Below are positions 11,452-24,200 of a stretch of 64,000 bases of DNA, piece by piece. The DNA comes from Antedon mediterranea (Eukaryota > Animalia > Echinodermata). The notes below the pieces were generated by a model. It was not told the DNA's origin, searched no databases, and worked only from the letters and a program-made list of their open reading frames with translations. Position 1 is the stretch's first letter; each line of letters starts with the position of its first letter. The stretch is from assembly GCF_964355755.1 (NCBI RefSeq), contig NC_092670.1, forward strand, positions 31,856,388 to 31,920,387, in the 5' to 3' direction. Position numbers and translations under genes: made by a program.

Positions 11452-13367
11452 TGTTGAACCCACAAATGTGAAAACGCCCACAAATGTGAAAACAACCACA
11501 AATGTGAAAACGCATCACCCACAAATGTGAAAACAACCACAAATGTGAAAACGCATCACCCACAAATGTGAAAACAACCACAAATGTGAAAACGCATCAA
11601 CCACAAATGTGAAAACAGCGCCCACAAATGTGAAAACGATCATCGCCCACAAATGTGATAACGCCCACAAATGTAAAGAAAAGAGAGACTTTTTCGCCCA
11701 CAAATGTAAAAAAAATCAGATCAAATTTAATGCTAGATTCAGACAAACATTATATCATGATTGTATTGAGTTGTTTGTTCACGATACGTCTGTAAGGGTC
11801 GTCGTTAACACGTTGGATTATTATCATTTGCTGCTCATGCGCGCGATATTTGCACGTTAACTCGTTTGTTTAATGAACGTAATAGTTCAAGAAAATATTT
11901 GTTATTTGCTGCGCGCGTGCACCATACTTCAAGGTCAAGGCCATGTTATATCATTGTTGCTTCTAGTGTGTGGTTGTTGGCTTACTATTATGTACGTATA
12001 GTTATAAGTCGATGTTCGTTATTTTTTTTGCGCGCTCACACGATACAACAAGGTCAAGGTTAAATTGCTACTTGTATGTAGTGTGTGGTTATTAACTCGT
12101 TGGCTTTCTGTTATGAACGTATAGTTTCAAGTCGATGCTCGATTCGATGTTTTTGGGCGCGTACACGATACCACAAGGTCAAAGTCATATATACTATTGC
12201 TACTTGTAAGTGTTAACTCGTTGGCTTATTGTTATGTACGTATAATTCCAAGTCGATGGTCGATTCGATGTTTTTTGTGCGCGTGCACGATACTACAAGG
12301 TCATATATCATTGCTGCTTGAAGTGCAGTTGGGTTTACTATATTAGTATTATGTACGTATTATAGCTCCAAGTCGATGCTCGGTGTACACGATACTACAA
12401 GATCAATGCTATACTCGTCGTTCAGTTATTGACCTTGTAGTATCGTGCAGTTATTGACCTTGTAGTATCGTGCACGCCCGCAAAACATCAAACTTCGACT
12501 TGAAACTATACGTTAACAACCACACACCACAAGTAGCAATGGTATACAAGTCATGACCTTTGTAGTATCGTGCACGCGAACAAAAAACATCGAATCGAAC
12601 ATCGACTTGGAACTACACGAACATAACAATAAGCCAACGAATTAACTCCACAAGTAGCAATAGTATATTATGAACTTGACCTTGTGGTATCGTGTACGCG
12701 CACAAAAACATCGAAGCGAGCATCGACTTGAACTATACGTACATAACAGTATTAAGCCAACGAGTTAATAACCACACACTACATACAAGTAGCAATTTAA
12801 CCTTGACCTTTTAGTATCGTGTGCACGCGCAAAAAAACATCGAACATCGACTTATAACTATACGTCCTATACGCGCGCAGCAAATAACAAATATTGTCTT
12901 GAACTATTACGTTCATTAAACAAACGAGTTAACGTGCAAATATCGCGCGCATGAGCAGCAAATTATAATAATCCAACGCGTTAACCACGACCCTAACAGA
13001 CGCATCGTGAACAAACAATTATTGAAACAACTCAATACAATCATGATATAATGTAGTACCTCGATCAAAATTGTTTGAGTCTAGCATTAAATTTGATCTG
13101 ATTTTTTTTTTACATTTGTGGCCGAAAAATTCTCATTTTTTTTACATTTGTGGGCGTTATCACATTTGTGGGCGATGATCGTTTTCACATTTGTGGGCGC
13201 TGTTTATTACATTTGTGGTTGATGCGTTTTCACATTTGTGGTTGTTTTCACATTTGTGGGTGATGCGTTTTCACATTTGTGGTTGTTTTCACATTTGTGG
13301 GTGATGCGTTTTCACATTTGTGGTTGTTTTCACATTTGTGGGCGTTTTTACATTTGTGGGTTCAACA
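11452..13367. mobile_element. Foldback (near-total palindrome) non-autonomous TIR element, Ginger-like termini
   Basis: Starts TGTTGAACCCACAAATGT and ends ACATTTGTGGGTTCAACA; TGATC on both sides (11447-11451, 13368-13372); arms ~950 bp with CACAAATGTGAAAAC minisatellite and ~120-bp subrepeats. Confidence 0.85.
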
Positions 13368-13495
13368 TGATCTCTGTGTCAAGAGAATGGCCAAAAACAC
13401 AATATGATAGTTGTTGCAAATAGAAACCTCCCTCTCAGATTAGGTTTTATTACAATTCATAATTTAACAAATTAAACTAATTATAGGCCTAGTTA

Positions 13496-13576
13496 TTTTT
13501 AGTCGCGTGGAAGCGACTCTATAGTTCACTATGTCGGTCGGTTGGTTGGTCTGTCTGTCTGTCGGTCTGTCTGTCG

Positions 13577-13611
<35 letters not shown>

Positions 13612-14322
13612 AGTCCGGTATCACTATGCGTTTTATGGCTTTATGACCTTATCTTGATATCAGTTTAATCTAGCTAAGTCAATTTTTCACAGAATATTCC
13701 TTATGGCCAGGAATCGATGTGGTTATGTTTTCACGGTGCGCAATAAAAAATTACGCGGTCTACGCACGATTTAACGAAATCACGTTTGTAATCATATCTT
13801 AACAACCATGAATCACAATTAAATAAAATTTGGTACTCATAAATTTCAGGGCATAAATCATCATATGGCAATACAATTACGTGCGTAGCGCATGTAACGC
13901 ATGCGTACGCGCGCTTAAAATTTTCAAAATTTATTTTCGATGAAATAAGAGTACGTTTCAGGCAATTTGAAGCGTTTACAAAATTGCCATAAGTGCGCAG
14001 ATTTTTGCGCGCGCACTGCGCGTTAAATGTTATTGCGCACTCTTTTTGCCCGATTTCTGTTTTCTTGACTTACTTTTCAACTCGAAATTACGTTATACGA
14101 GCACGTCAAAAGTGACAGGCTACGCACGTGTAAATTAAAAAAATATAAATGTTTTTAAACATTTCAACATTTTTAAACATGTTCAGTAATTTCGGTCAGT
14201 ATAGTTCACTATATCGGTCGGTCCGTCTGTCTGTCGGTCTGTCTGTCTGTCGGTCTGTTTGTCTGTCGGTCTGGTATCACTATGCATTGTAGCACGCGAC
14301 TTAATGGCTGTTGGCCTTGTTT
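13496..14322 (+). mobile_element. HINE/DINE-1-like repeat, copy B
   Basis: TTTTTAGTCGCGTGGAAGCGACT start, (GTCT)n tracts near both ends, shared core, CACGCGACT...GGCCTTGTT end. Confidence 0.75.
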
Positions 14323-15391
14323 ATTTTAACCTCGTTTCCAAACTACTGTATATGGTGATTTTGTCCTAAATGTCCTTTGTCCTTTTTACTATGACAAAGT
14401 ACAATGTGACATGAAATGATATGATAATGATAGTACAGCAAAAATAAACTGTTTCATTTTTGTTATCCAATTACATTAAAATAAACTGTACTTTGTTCGT
14501 CATTTCTGTTGACATTATGCAACTTTCTATATCAATACAAGGAGACAGTAGGATATTTAAAACAAACTTCACTCTTGTTTTTACGGGAGCACTGTTGTTT
14601 CTGTAACAAATCGATTGTATTTTTATTGATAATCTAATCAAAATAAAAATCTTGTTATTTTGAGTTATACTCGCATTTATTTCAACTGATTCTTAATGAA
14701 ATAGTGATGATAATAATGTTGATAAAATTATTGGTTTTTACAATAGGTGATGTAAGATACAAAATAAATATTGCACACTTAATGCATATTTCAATTTTGA
14801 TATTTATTTTAGTGTTTAGAATTTTTTGTTAATGTTTTAAAGTTTATGGAAACAAATAACAATCATAGCAGATGAGATTACACAACTTTAAAAAAGATAG
14901 TAGTAATTATATTACAAAAATTAAACAATACTAAAGTTATATATTTTGTCAGCTATTGTATTTTGAATAATGAATTGATTCAATTATTTCTTATCATTTC
15001 GACACATTTTTCCAGCGTTAGATCTTTGAGTGTAGTTTAGTCTTTCTTCAAAGTTCTTTGAGTTTAAAACGCTTAAAGATGTATTGTCTCCCTGAAAAAA
15101 TTGTTTTTGTTGTTGAATATGCCAATTTAATGTCGCCTAATACTTTGACCAAAAATTGGATAAAAAAAAATGTATTTACCTAAAAAAACTTTAATTTAAA
15201 GCAAAAATTAATCAAATTTGCTGCCAATCCACCCATTGAATTGGGTCGTTGGTTGAATTAAACCATTTATTTTTTCATTTTATAAGTGAAAACATTAATT
15301 TGTTCCGTTTTTTCAACGAAAGTGATTCACTTTATTAAAACTACAAAATGATATTTTAAAAGTCTGATTTTATTCATCTTCATTTTTCATG

Positions 15392-15484
15392 TTTTTAGTC
15401 TACAGCTCACTTATGTCGGTTGGTTGGTGGGTCGGTAAACACTAACTGCAGCACGCAACTGCAGTCATCTATATGGCCTTGTTT
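15392..15484 (+). mobile_element. HINE-like repeat, internally deleted mini-copy
   Basis: Keeps only the TTTTTAGTC start, GTCGGTTGG tract and CACGCAACT...GGCCTTGTT end. Confidence 0.6.
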
Positions 15485-15516
15485 GGGAACAACACATCTT
15501 TAAGGATGACCTTAAT

Positions 15517-17007
15517 TTACTCTATTATTTCCAAGTATTCATTATTACTGTCAATATCGATGATATCCTTACTGTGTGGATGTCTTGTGATAGGCTGTAA
15601 GTAATCTTCTACTGTACCCAATGATTTGTCATTTATTGGAGCATTGCTGACCTTAAAGCTAAATCCGTAACATTCATTTGTAAAAACCTCAACATGTTCT
15701 CTTTTATTTGCACTAGGTCTATTTACTTTATGCGATGGAAATTCCATATCTGCGTGTACCACATTCATTTGCGTACTTGTTGAAGGTTGATCATCATTGC
15801 TAATGTTATAATATATCTCTTCTTTTGTATTTTTCCTCGTAGAAGTGAACGGTTTATTGCATTTTTGCTTAACACTCACAATACTGTTCAATAACCACTT
15901 TGTTGAACTTTTCTCTTCGATTTCAAACTGCATTTTTGCTTCTGTTTTTTCTAATTTCATCATTTTGATCTGAGAAGAGTGTATAATATCTTTGACGTTA
16001 TCTGTCTCATTGGGTCCTGTTTGTCGACTTCTGGAGGTTTCAAAAGTACTATCTTGTCTGCTGCTTTCAATTGGCATTGTATTGTTTGGCTGTTTATCAT
16101 GTTTTCGTTTAATCAACAATAGTACAATAATTATTAGAATTCCGGATGTAGTTGCCAATATTATACTTACCGGTATTAGATATTTACAGTCATTCACTTG
16201 GTTTGTAATTTGAGAAGGCCTGCCATTGGCTATTGTATTTGAAATTCCTGCTTCAGTAATTGGCACAGTGTATACTGAACCATTGCCACCTTCTCCATAT
16301 TTTTCATTTGTATTATCTTTTACGATGAACTCTATCTCATCAAAGCTGTGTTGATCATTCTTACTCACCAGACACTTGGCCACGTAATTACCAGCTGTTA
16401 AATTCTTGAAACATCTTTCGTTGTCACAATCCTTATTATTTTCTATCAGTTTTTTATTATTTAGTGTCCAATTATAAAATTTGTCATCACAAAATCCACC
16501 TGTAGCTACACATTTATAACAATTTTCACCAACATCTGCGGTCATTAATTTTATCTTCACCATGAATTGAGGATGAACCTTTAAAACTAGTGTATAACAA
16601 TGATTCGTTGTAGATAAACTTTCTATTGAGATAAAATTTGTTTTTCTATAAATATTGTTCGTTTTTAACATTCGTTTCACCTTGCATGACATTATTACTT
16701 CTTCTCCTTCTATGATGTACTCTACTAAATCCTCACATGCAATTTTCCAATCAGAGTATATTATATTATTTCTACGGCTGACACGGTCCGAAAGAACTAC
16801 AAAGTATTTATTGTCGTTATTTTGACATGTGTATATCCCTTCTTCTTCTTGTGTATCAAAAGAAATGAATTGTTCGCATTTAACCGCCAATTTTGATGCA
16901 GAATATTGTTTGAAAGTGTGCTCAACAGTCAATTTACCGTACATTAACGTAAGATCATACTCTTTACTTACCGATATGATGTTTATAGACTCTGACCAAT
17001 CTCTACT
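15517..17007 (-). pseudogene. Receptor copy 4, 3' portion (gene interrupted by LTR retrotransposon)
   Basis: Open frame SRDWSESINI...NNEYLEIIE*. The first ~20 aa of the tracked ORF (to 17070) are LTR sequence. Joins in frame to 31287..31394 after removing the element and one GGAAG (532 aa). Confidence 0.9.
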
Positions 17008-17012
17008 GGAAG

Positions 17013-20000
17013 TGTGCTGCCCTCGATAACGGTCGCGTCTTCTAGACAGCCAGATAACCAAATAAGACACTAGATGTACATATAGGTAGAGTTTCGTTAC
17101 TAACGTTTATTATGCGTCGTATCGTAGTATATTATATTGGTAAAACTGTGGAGGATTACAAAGAAAAACATTATCTAGACTACATTAAAAATAGCAATAC
17201 AGCGTACAAACATTGTATTTAGCTGTTTAAGCAAAAAAGGTAACGTAAATGATAATCATATATAACTGCTATACTAACCTAAATTAATTAATATCTTTAA
17301 TTGCTATAACATTTCAACAAAGGTTTAGGCATCAATGGTAAAATTATGCCTTATATGCATTAAGACTAGGAATGAATTAACAATAAATCATCGTCCTAGA
17401 TTGTAGACTGTAATTATTAAAATAGATACTGTACATATATAGCCAGTACTATATAAAGTAGTAACTTGATTAAATAGTATATATGGACCTATATATGGCC
17501 TAATTAAAAGTTAAAATAACAATCATAAATTAACATGTACTCACACACTGTGATTCTCAAATAGAGGCACGTAAAAGGTATAAAAAGAAATGAAACTTGT
17601 AAACGAAAAGCATATAAAAGCTTGTGGACTTCTCTCGGTGAATGCTACTGTATTACTAATACTTTATACTGTACAATGTACAAATTAAGTCAATGCATTG
17701 GAATGTCCAAATCCAAACAAGTGCCTTAATGATAATACAGTGTGCGAGGAAGGAACAAGATAGAGTAAAGGCTACTGAAGTACTTAATTTTCTGAATGTA
17801 AATACGACAATATCAAAACCGATTAGACTTGGAACTAAGCGAAATGATGAGAAACCACGATTGCTTCGAATAACTGTAGATGGAGTTGAAGTCAAGAGAG
17901 AAATTCTGAAAAAAGCTAAGGGCTTAAAGCAAGCGGTAAATAAAGGCTACGATAGAATATTCCTCACACCGGATCTCACACCATCTCAAAGAGAAGAAAG
18001 TAGTAAATTGAGAGCTCAGTTAAGGCTACGTAGAGATAAAGGTGAGAACGTTATTATAAGGAAGAGGAAGATTGTATCAGTGCAATCCTTTCGTGACCAC
18101 TAAGAATATAAATGAACCTAATCGCACAGCACCTTTATTTTTACAAGAAGATTTTGACTTAGAAGAAGATATTTCGTTCAGAGACAATACTTTTGTTGAA
18201 CACGATTTTGAACTTGCAGCCCAAGAAGAATATTTAAGTTGTTTTTATACCAACGCAGAAGGGTTTTTGAACAAACGAAGCGAATTTTTTGTTTTGATAG
18301 AAGAAAGGAAACCGCACATAATTGGTATTACTGAAACATGGTTGAGCGATAATGTGCTAGACGCTGAAATAGCAATGAAAGGTTATAATTTGTTTCGCAA
18401 GGAAAGAGCGAATAAAGCGCATGGTGGATTGTTATTATATGTTAATGAGAAACTACATGTTACCATTTGTAATGAATTGTGTCAATTAAATCCTGAATCG
18501 CTATGGTGTACTGTGGAAGTTGATAAACATAATAAAGTTCTGATAGGTCTTTGCTATAGGAGTATGTACAACACACCTGATGAAAATGAGCAATTGTTTT
18601 ACCAACTACGTTTTATTGAATCGGTACAATCTGACCACGTGTTGATAATTGGAGATTTTAACCTTAAAGAAATTAATTGGAAGGATATGTTGGTTAATGC
18701 TAGCGTTACACATCCATCAAACACTTTTTTTGAAATAATCAACGATTTATACTTGGTGCAACATGTCAAGAGTAATACGCGACACAGAGATGGACAAAGA
18801 TCATCCCAATTGGACCTTATTATTACTGATGATGATTTTAAGGTATCTAACCTACTACATTTACCCCCTTTAGGGAAAAGTGACCACGATTGTTTGTTTT
18901 GGCAGTACGTCTATAAACTTGATATTCCCAGTAAGGAAACCAAGTCATTTCACAACTACAACAAAGGCGATTATATAAGCATAAAGCGTGAACTGAGTAA
19001 TATCAATTGGTCCGATGAATTTGATAATCAAACTACCGATGAAATGTACAACAGTATTAATGAAGTATTGTGTAATATGACTGAGTTATATATTCCTACA
19101 TTTGGAAGTACTCGTAGTAAAGGTCAGAATAAACCCTGGATGACATCAGCTGTTAAAAAATCAGTAAAAAAGAAATATCAACTGTACAAAAGCTTCAGAG
19201 AAACACAAAACGAGAGAGATCATATGGCTTACAAGAAACAGAACAATCGTACTAGGCAAGCTGTAAGGAACGCTCAAGCTACCTTCGAAAAAAAAATCTT
19301 GATGGAATTCAAAAACAAACCAGAGAACTTTCATAAGTATGTTAGATCGAAACAGAAAGTAAAGACTGGAATAACAAAATTAGTAAATAATGATGGGCTA
19401 ACCTTGGAAACTGACTACGAAATTAGTGAGGAACTCAACAAATGCTTCCAAACATTTTTCACCAAAGAAGATCCTGACGAAGACATAACCAATTTTAATT
19501 ATGATACTTGTGACAAATCAGTTGAAAATATTGAGTTCTCCCAAGAAGATGTTTTTAAGCAACTCCGAGGTTTGAAAATCGATAAAAGTCCTGGTCCAGA
19601 CAACATCCATCCATGTCTACTTAACAAGTGTGCTGAGGAGTTATCAGAACCCTTGTACCTTTTATTCAAGAAGTCTACAGAGGAAGGTAAACTACCAAAA
19701 ATATGGAAACGAGCTGATGTCTCTCCGATCTTTAAGAAAGGCAGCAAATCACAAGCGTCCAATTATCGACCGATAAGCCTAACATGTATTATTTGCAAGA
19801 TCTTTGAACATATTATTCGTAACAACATACTACGACATGTTAAGAACAATGCAATACTAACAACAGAGCAACATGGTTTTGTTGAGAAGAAATCATGTCT
19901 GACAAATCTTTTAGAATTTATGGAAGATGTTACTAAGGCCTTGGATGACAACAATAATGTTGATGTCATATTTTTGGACTATAGTAAAGCTTTCGACAGC

Positions 20001-21230
20001 GTTCCTCATAGGAGATTACTCATGAAATTGGAGAGCTATGGAATCAAAGGTCAATTGTTATTATGGATTAAAGATTTTCTTGATAACAGACAACAAAGAG
20101 TCAAAGTGCGTCATGCTTCTTCCAGTTGGGCTGATGTAATTAGTGGAGTTCCACAAGGCGGTGTTGGGCCCTACATTGTTTGCATTATATATAAATGACC
20201 TACCAAAGTATGTGTCTAGTCATATAAAGCTATTTGCTGATGATACAAAGATCTACTCAGTAGTTAACAACAGAAATGATGGGCAATTATTACAAGAATC
20301 TTTAAACAATGCACTGCAGTGGAGTAAAGAATGGATGTTGGGTTTTAATAAAAGCAAATGCATGGTGATGCACTTCGGGCATTCAAATGTTCATTTTAAA
20401 TACCAAATAGATGAAGTTGAACTGGAAACAGTTGAGAAAATAAAGGACCTAGGAGTACTAATTACTAATGACTGTAAACCAAGCCAACACTGCGCCAAAG
20501 TATCTCAGCGGGCCATGAACTGTTTAAGAAGCATCAGAAGGACTTTCGTATATATGGATAAGGATTGTTTTAACGTCATCTACAAGCATTATGTACGCCC
20601 ACATCTCGAATTTTGTGTTCAAGTATGGAATCCGTATCTTCAAAAGGACATAAATGTAATTGAAAGAGTACAACGTCGTGCGACTAAATTAGTTCCATGT
20701 ATCCGTTCATATTCATATGAAGATCGTTTAAAGTTTCTTGGCCTAACAACCTTGTATGACAGAAGAATTCGAGGTGACCTGATTGAAGCATATAAAATTG
20801 TTAAAGGTTTCGAGGGTGTAGCCAAGGATGACTTTTTCCAAATGAGAAGTAACATTAGCAGAATTACTCGAGGGCATCACCTGAGATTTTTCAAGCCGAC
20901 TTTCCATAAAGGATTGAACTGTAGAAGACATACCTTCTCGCAACGAGTAATTAACCATTGGAACAGTTTACCAGCCGACGTTGTCAATTCTGAGACCGCT
21001 AATACCTTCAAGAATCGCATCGACACAATGTAGTTGATATGGGGTTTAAAAAGGCACATCGCCTAAACTTTCCCATTATAACTAAACTAAACTAAACTCC
21101 AGGTCAAAACTAGGAGTAACCATGGTAACAATTAAAGTTGCAATAAATTCAATAGTGTACTGACTACATTTTATATTTAGGATAACTATACTAAATAAAT
21201 TTGTAAGGAAATTTATTTGGAGACAAAATA
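17013..21230 (-). repeat. 3' LTR of BEL element (17013-17744 plus 21096-21230), interrupted by a LINE
   Basis: Near-identical to the LTR pieces at 26771-27383, 30723-30835 and 31131-31286. Confidence 0.9.
17745..21095 (+). mobile_element. CR1-group LINE, 5'-truncated in ORF1; ORF2 (APE endonuclease plus RT) with one frameshift
   Basis: ORF1 end (RIFLTPDLT, to 18103); ORF2 18072-21033 with ITETWL, GDFN, SDHD, NYRPISLT, LDYSKAFD, YINDL, LFADD; frameshift near 20160 in the VPQGxVLGP motif; (ACTAA)3 tail; 2 bp of LTR lost and no TSD. Confidence 0.92.
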
Positions 21231-21263
21231 CTCCTCGTCTGGCATAACTCATGTCATAACTAA

Positions 21264-24200
21264 CTATTCGGATACAAGAACCACCAGATCTGAAATTGGT
21301 CTTGAATATTTTTTCATTCCATCTCCCTTCTGCGTTGTCAGTTCAACGTGCCTCACTAGGCCATCTGTACCAAGAAAAGCTTTCACCACTCTTGCAATCT
21401 GCCATTCGTTTCGATGTGCTTGCTTGTCTTTAAGCAACACAATATCCCCTTTCTTAATTGATTGCTTGGTGTCTTGCCATTTAGGTCGACGTTGCAAGTT
21501 TGAAATGTAGTCTTGCTTCCAACGTTTCCAGAAAGAATTCGCCAAACTCTGGACATGTCTCCACTGGGAAGTGTAAGATGTATTTGCGTCAAAATGTCCT
21601 AGGGGTGCACAATTTGTATTTGGTTTTTGCGTAAGCAACATAGAAGGTGTTAGGATTGTTGGTGCATCAGGATCAGTTGAAACCGGTACCAATGGTCTGG
21701 AATTAATAATGTCCACGACTTCTGCCATCAACGTTGTAAGAATGTCATGGGTCAGTCTTGCTTGTTGATGTTGATTCAACATGGAGTCGAGAATGCGGCG
21801 TGCAATTCAAATCATCCTCTCCCAGGCTCCTCCCATGTGGGACGAATGAGGTGGGTTGAAGATCCATTTGCATCCTTTAGACTGAAGAAAGTTCTTAACA
21901 TCATGCGTTCCTATCTGAAGGTTGAGTTCCCTTACCGCTCCAACAAAATTAGTTCCTCTATCGGATTGAATAATTCTTGCTGGTCCCCGAAGTGCAAAGA
22001 ATCTGCGAAGGGCGTTGATTAAGCTTGAAGCTGTCATTGTCTCTAGAACTTCAATGTGCACGGCACGAGTCGACATGCACGAGAAGATTACCGCCCATCG
22101 TTTGCTATTGGCACTTCCACCCCTGGTACGTCTAGAAGTCACATTCCAGGGTCCAAAGACGTCTATGCCCACACTGGTAAACGGAGGTGATGGTGTGATG
22201 CGGTCTAGTGGTAAGTCTGCCATCTTCTGTGTCGCAGTTTTGCCTCTTAATTTTCTGCAGGTCACACACTTGTATATCATTGTTGAAACAAGCCGTTTTC
22301 TTCCAATAACCCAATATCCACCGGATCGTATTGCTCCTTCAGTTATGTGACGACCTTGATGGGCCACTCTGCGGTGATGATACCTAGCAATCAAGGTTGC
22401 CACATGGTTATCCGCTGGTAGAATTATTGGATGTTTTTGGTTGTAATCTATCTCTAGATTTTCAGAGCGCCCTCCGATTCTAAGTAGCCCGTCGTCTCCC
22501 AAAATAGGATCTAAGTTTCGAAGAGTGCCGGTCTTTGGTAATGGACGTCTCCTTTTTAGACATGCAATTTCATCTAGGTACGTCTCTTCTTGGACCGCCT
22601 GCACCACAACGATTCTGGCTGCGCTAATCTCCTCTAGTGTTATCTGGGAAGTAAACATTCCCCCATCCGTTGTTCTTTTTCAACTTGAACGAAGCTGCCA
22701 GTTTTACCGAAGTTTGTACATAACATCTTGGTACCTTAAGATTTTCCATGTGGACTAGTGACTGTTTCCAACTGTCCCACTCTTCTTTGTATTCTGGATT
22801 AAGAGGAGCGTCCCAATCGACAGTTCCGGAGCTTAACTTTCTCACAAGGATTTTCCCTTGTAGAGTGATTAGTGATACAAGACCTAATGGGTCAAATAGG
22901 CTGTTGACCACAGACAAAACTCCCCTTCTAGTGTATTCATCATTCTTTTGTGCTGATATCTTGAAGTTGAAGCTGTCTGTTTCCAAGTCCCATGATACCC
23001 CGAGACTTCGTTGGCATGGTGGAATTTCGCTTTTCAGATTGATGTTTTGTAAGTCTTTGGCCTTGTCTGCTTCGTCCAAAGCAGCCATTACTTGTTCACT
23101 GTTGGACGCTATTTTGTGAAGGTGTAAGTTGCTTTCTGCAAGCATTGCCTTCGATTTTTGTATTAAGGCAATTGCTTCTACTGCAGTAGGTAATGATGTT
23201 AGTCCGTCATCAACGTAAAAATTACGCAAAATATATTGACTTGCTTCCGAACCATATTTTTGTTCGTATTCTTTTGCTGTTCTGCCCATACAATAGATAG
23301 ACATTGATGGTGATGGGGTGTTACCAAAAACGTGGACTTTCATTCGGTAATCAATTACTTCGTTATCCATGTTGTTGTCCTTGAACCACATGTATCTAAG
23401 ATAGTCACAATGATCTTCTCGAACATTGAAGCAGTAGAACATCTGTTCAACATCAGCTGTCACTGCAATTGGTTCTTTCCTGAATCTCAAGAGGACACCC
23501 AGAAAGGAGTTGTTGAGGTCAGGACCACTCAACAGAACTTTGTTGAGAGATACACCTTTCCACTCTGCACTTGAATCAAACACCACCCTTATTTTGCCTG
23601 GTTTCTGTGGGTGATAAACTCCAAACATGGGGAGGTACCATCGTTCTTTTCCTTCTTCCATAGGCGGTGCTGCTTCTGCATGTTTGTTTTTTACCATGTT
23701 TCCAATAAATTCAATGAATTGTTTCTTCTGTTCCGGTTTTTTATTTAAGGTTTTGCACAAACTATTGAATCTTCGTTGAGCCAGATCACGATTGTCTGGT
23801 AGAGGTTGTTTTAACGGCTTGAATGGTAGAGGAGCTACCCAACTACCCTTGTCATCCCTGAATGCATTATTGTCCATTATGTTCATGAACTGATGATCCT
23901 CAACAGACATTGCAGGCTTATCATCGTTTTCTCCAACATTAAATACTGTTCGTCCTATTTCAGGCTCGTTGTCGTTTTGCTCGATCAAGTGGATTGCATT
24001 AGGGCAGGTTGGAAACTGTGTGACGTTCGCCTTATATACATTGGTTTGCTCCAGCGGCAACTGAACTTCGTCTAAACATGTTTGGCCGACAATTACCAAA
24101 CCTAGATCGAGTCGTTGAGCGTAAGGAGCATTGTCTGGGCCATTTATCTGCTCTCTGACTTTTTGCGCTTGTACTACATCTCTGCCAATCAAGAGCAATG

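Noticed and set aside
11452-11710. Repetitive ORFs (FSHLW repeats, also 13238-13423) and a CRISPR-like look
   Set aside because: Translations of the CACAAATGTG minisatellite in the foldback arms.
17008-17070. N-terminus MSYLVIWLSRRRDRY of the 517-aa ORF
   Set aside because: LTR sequence read in frame from a non-ATG start; the true start is at 31394.
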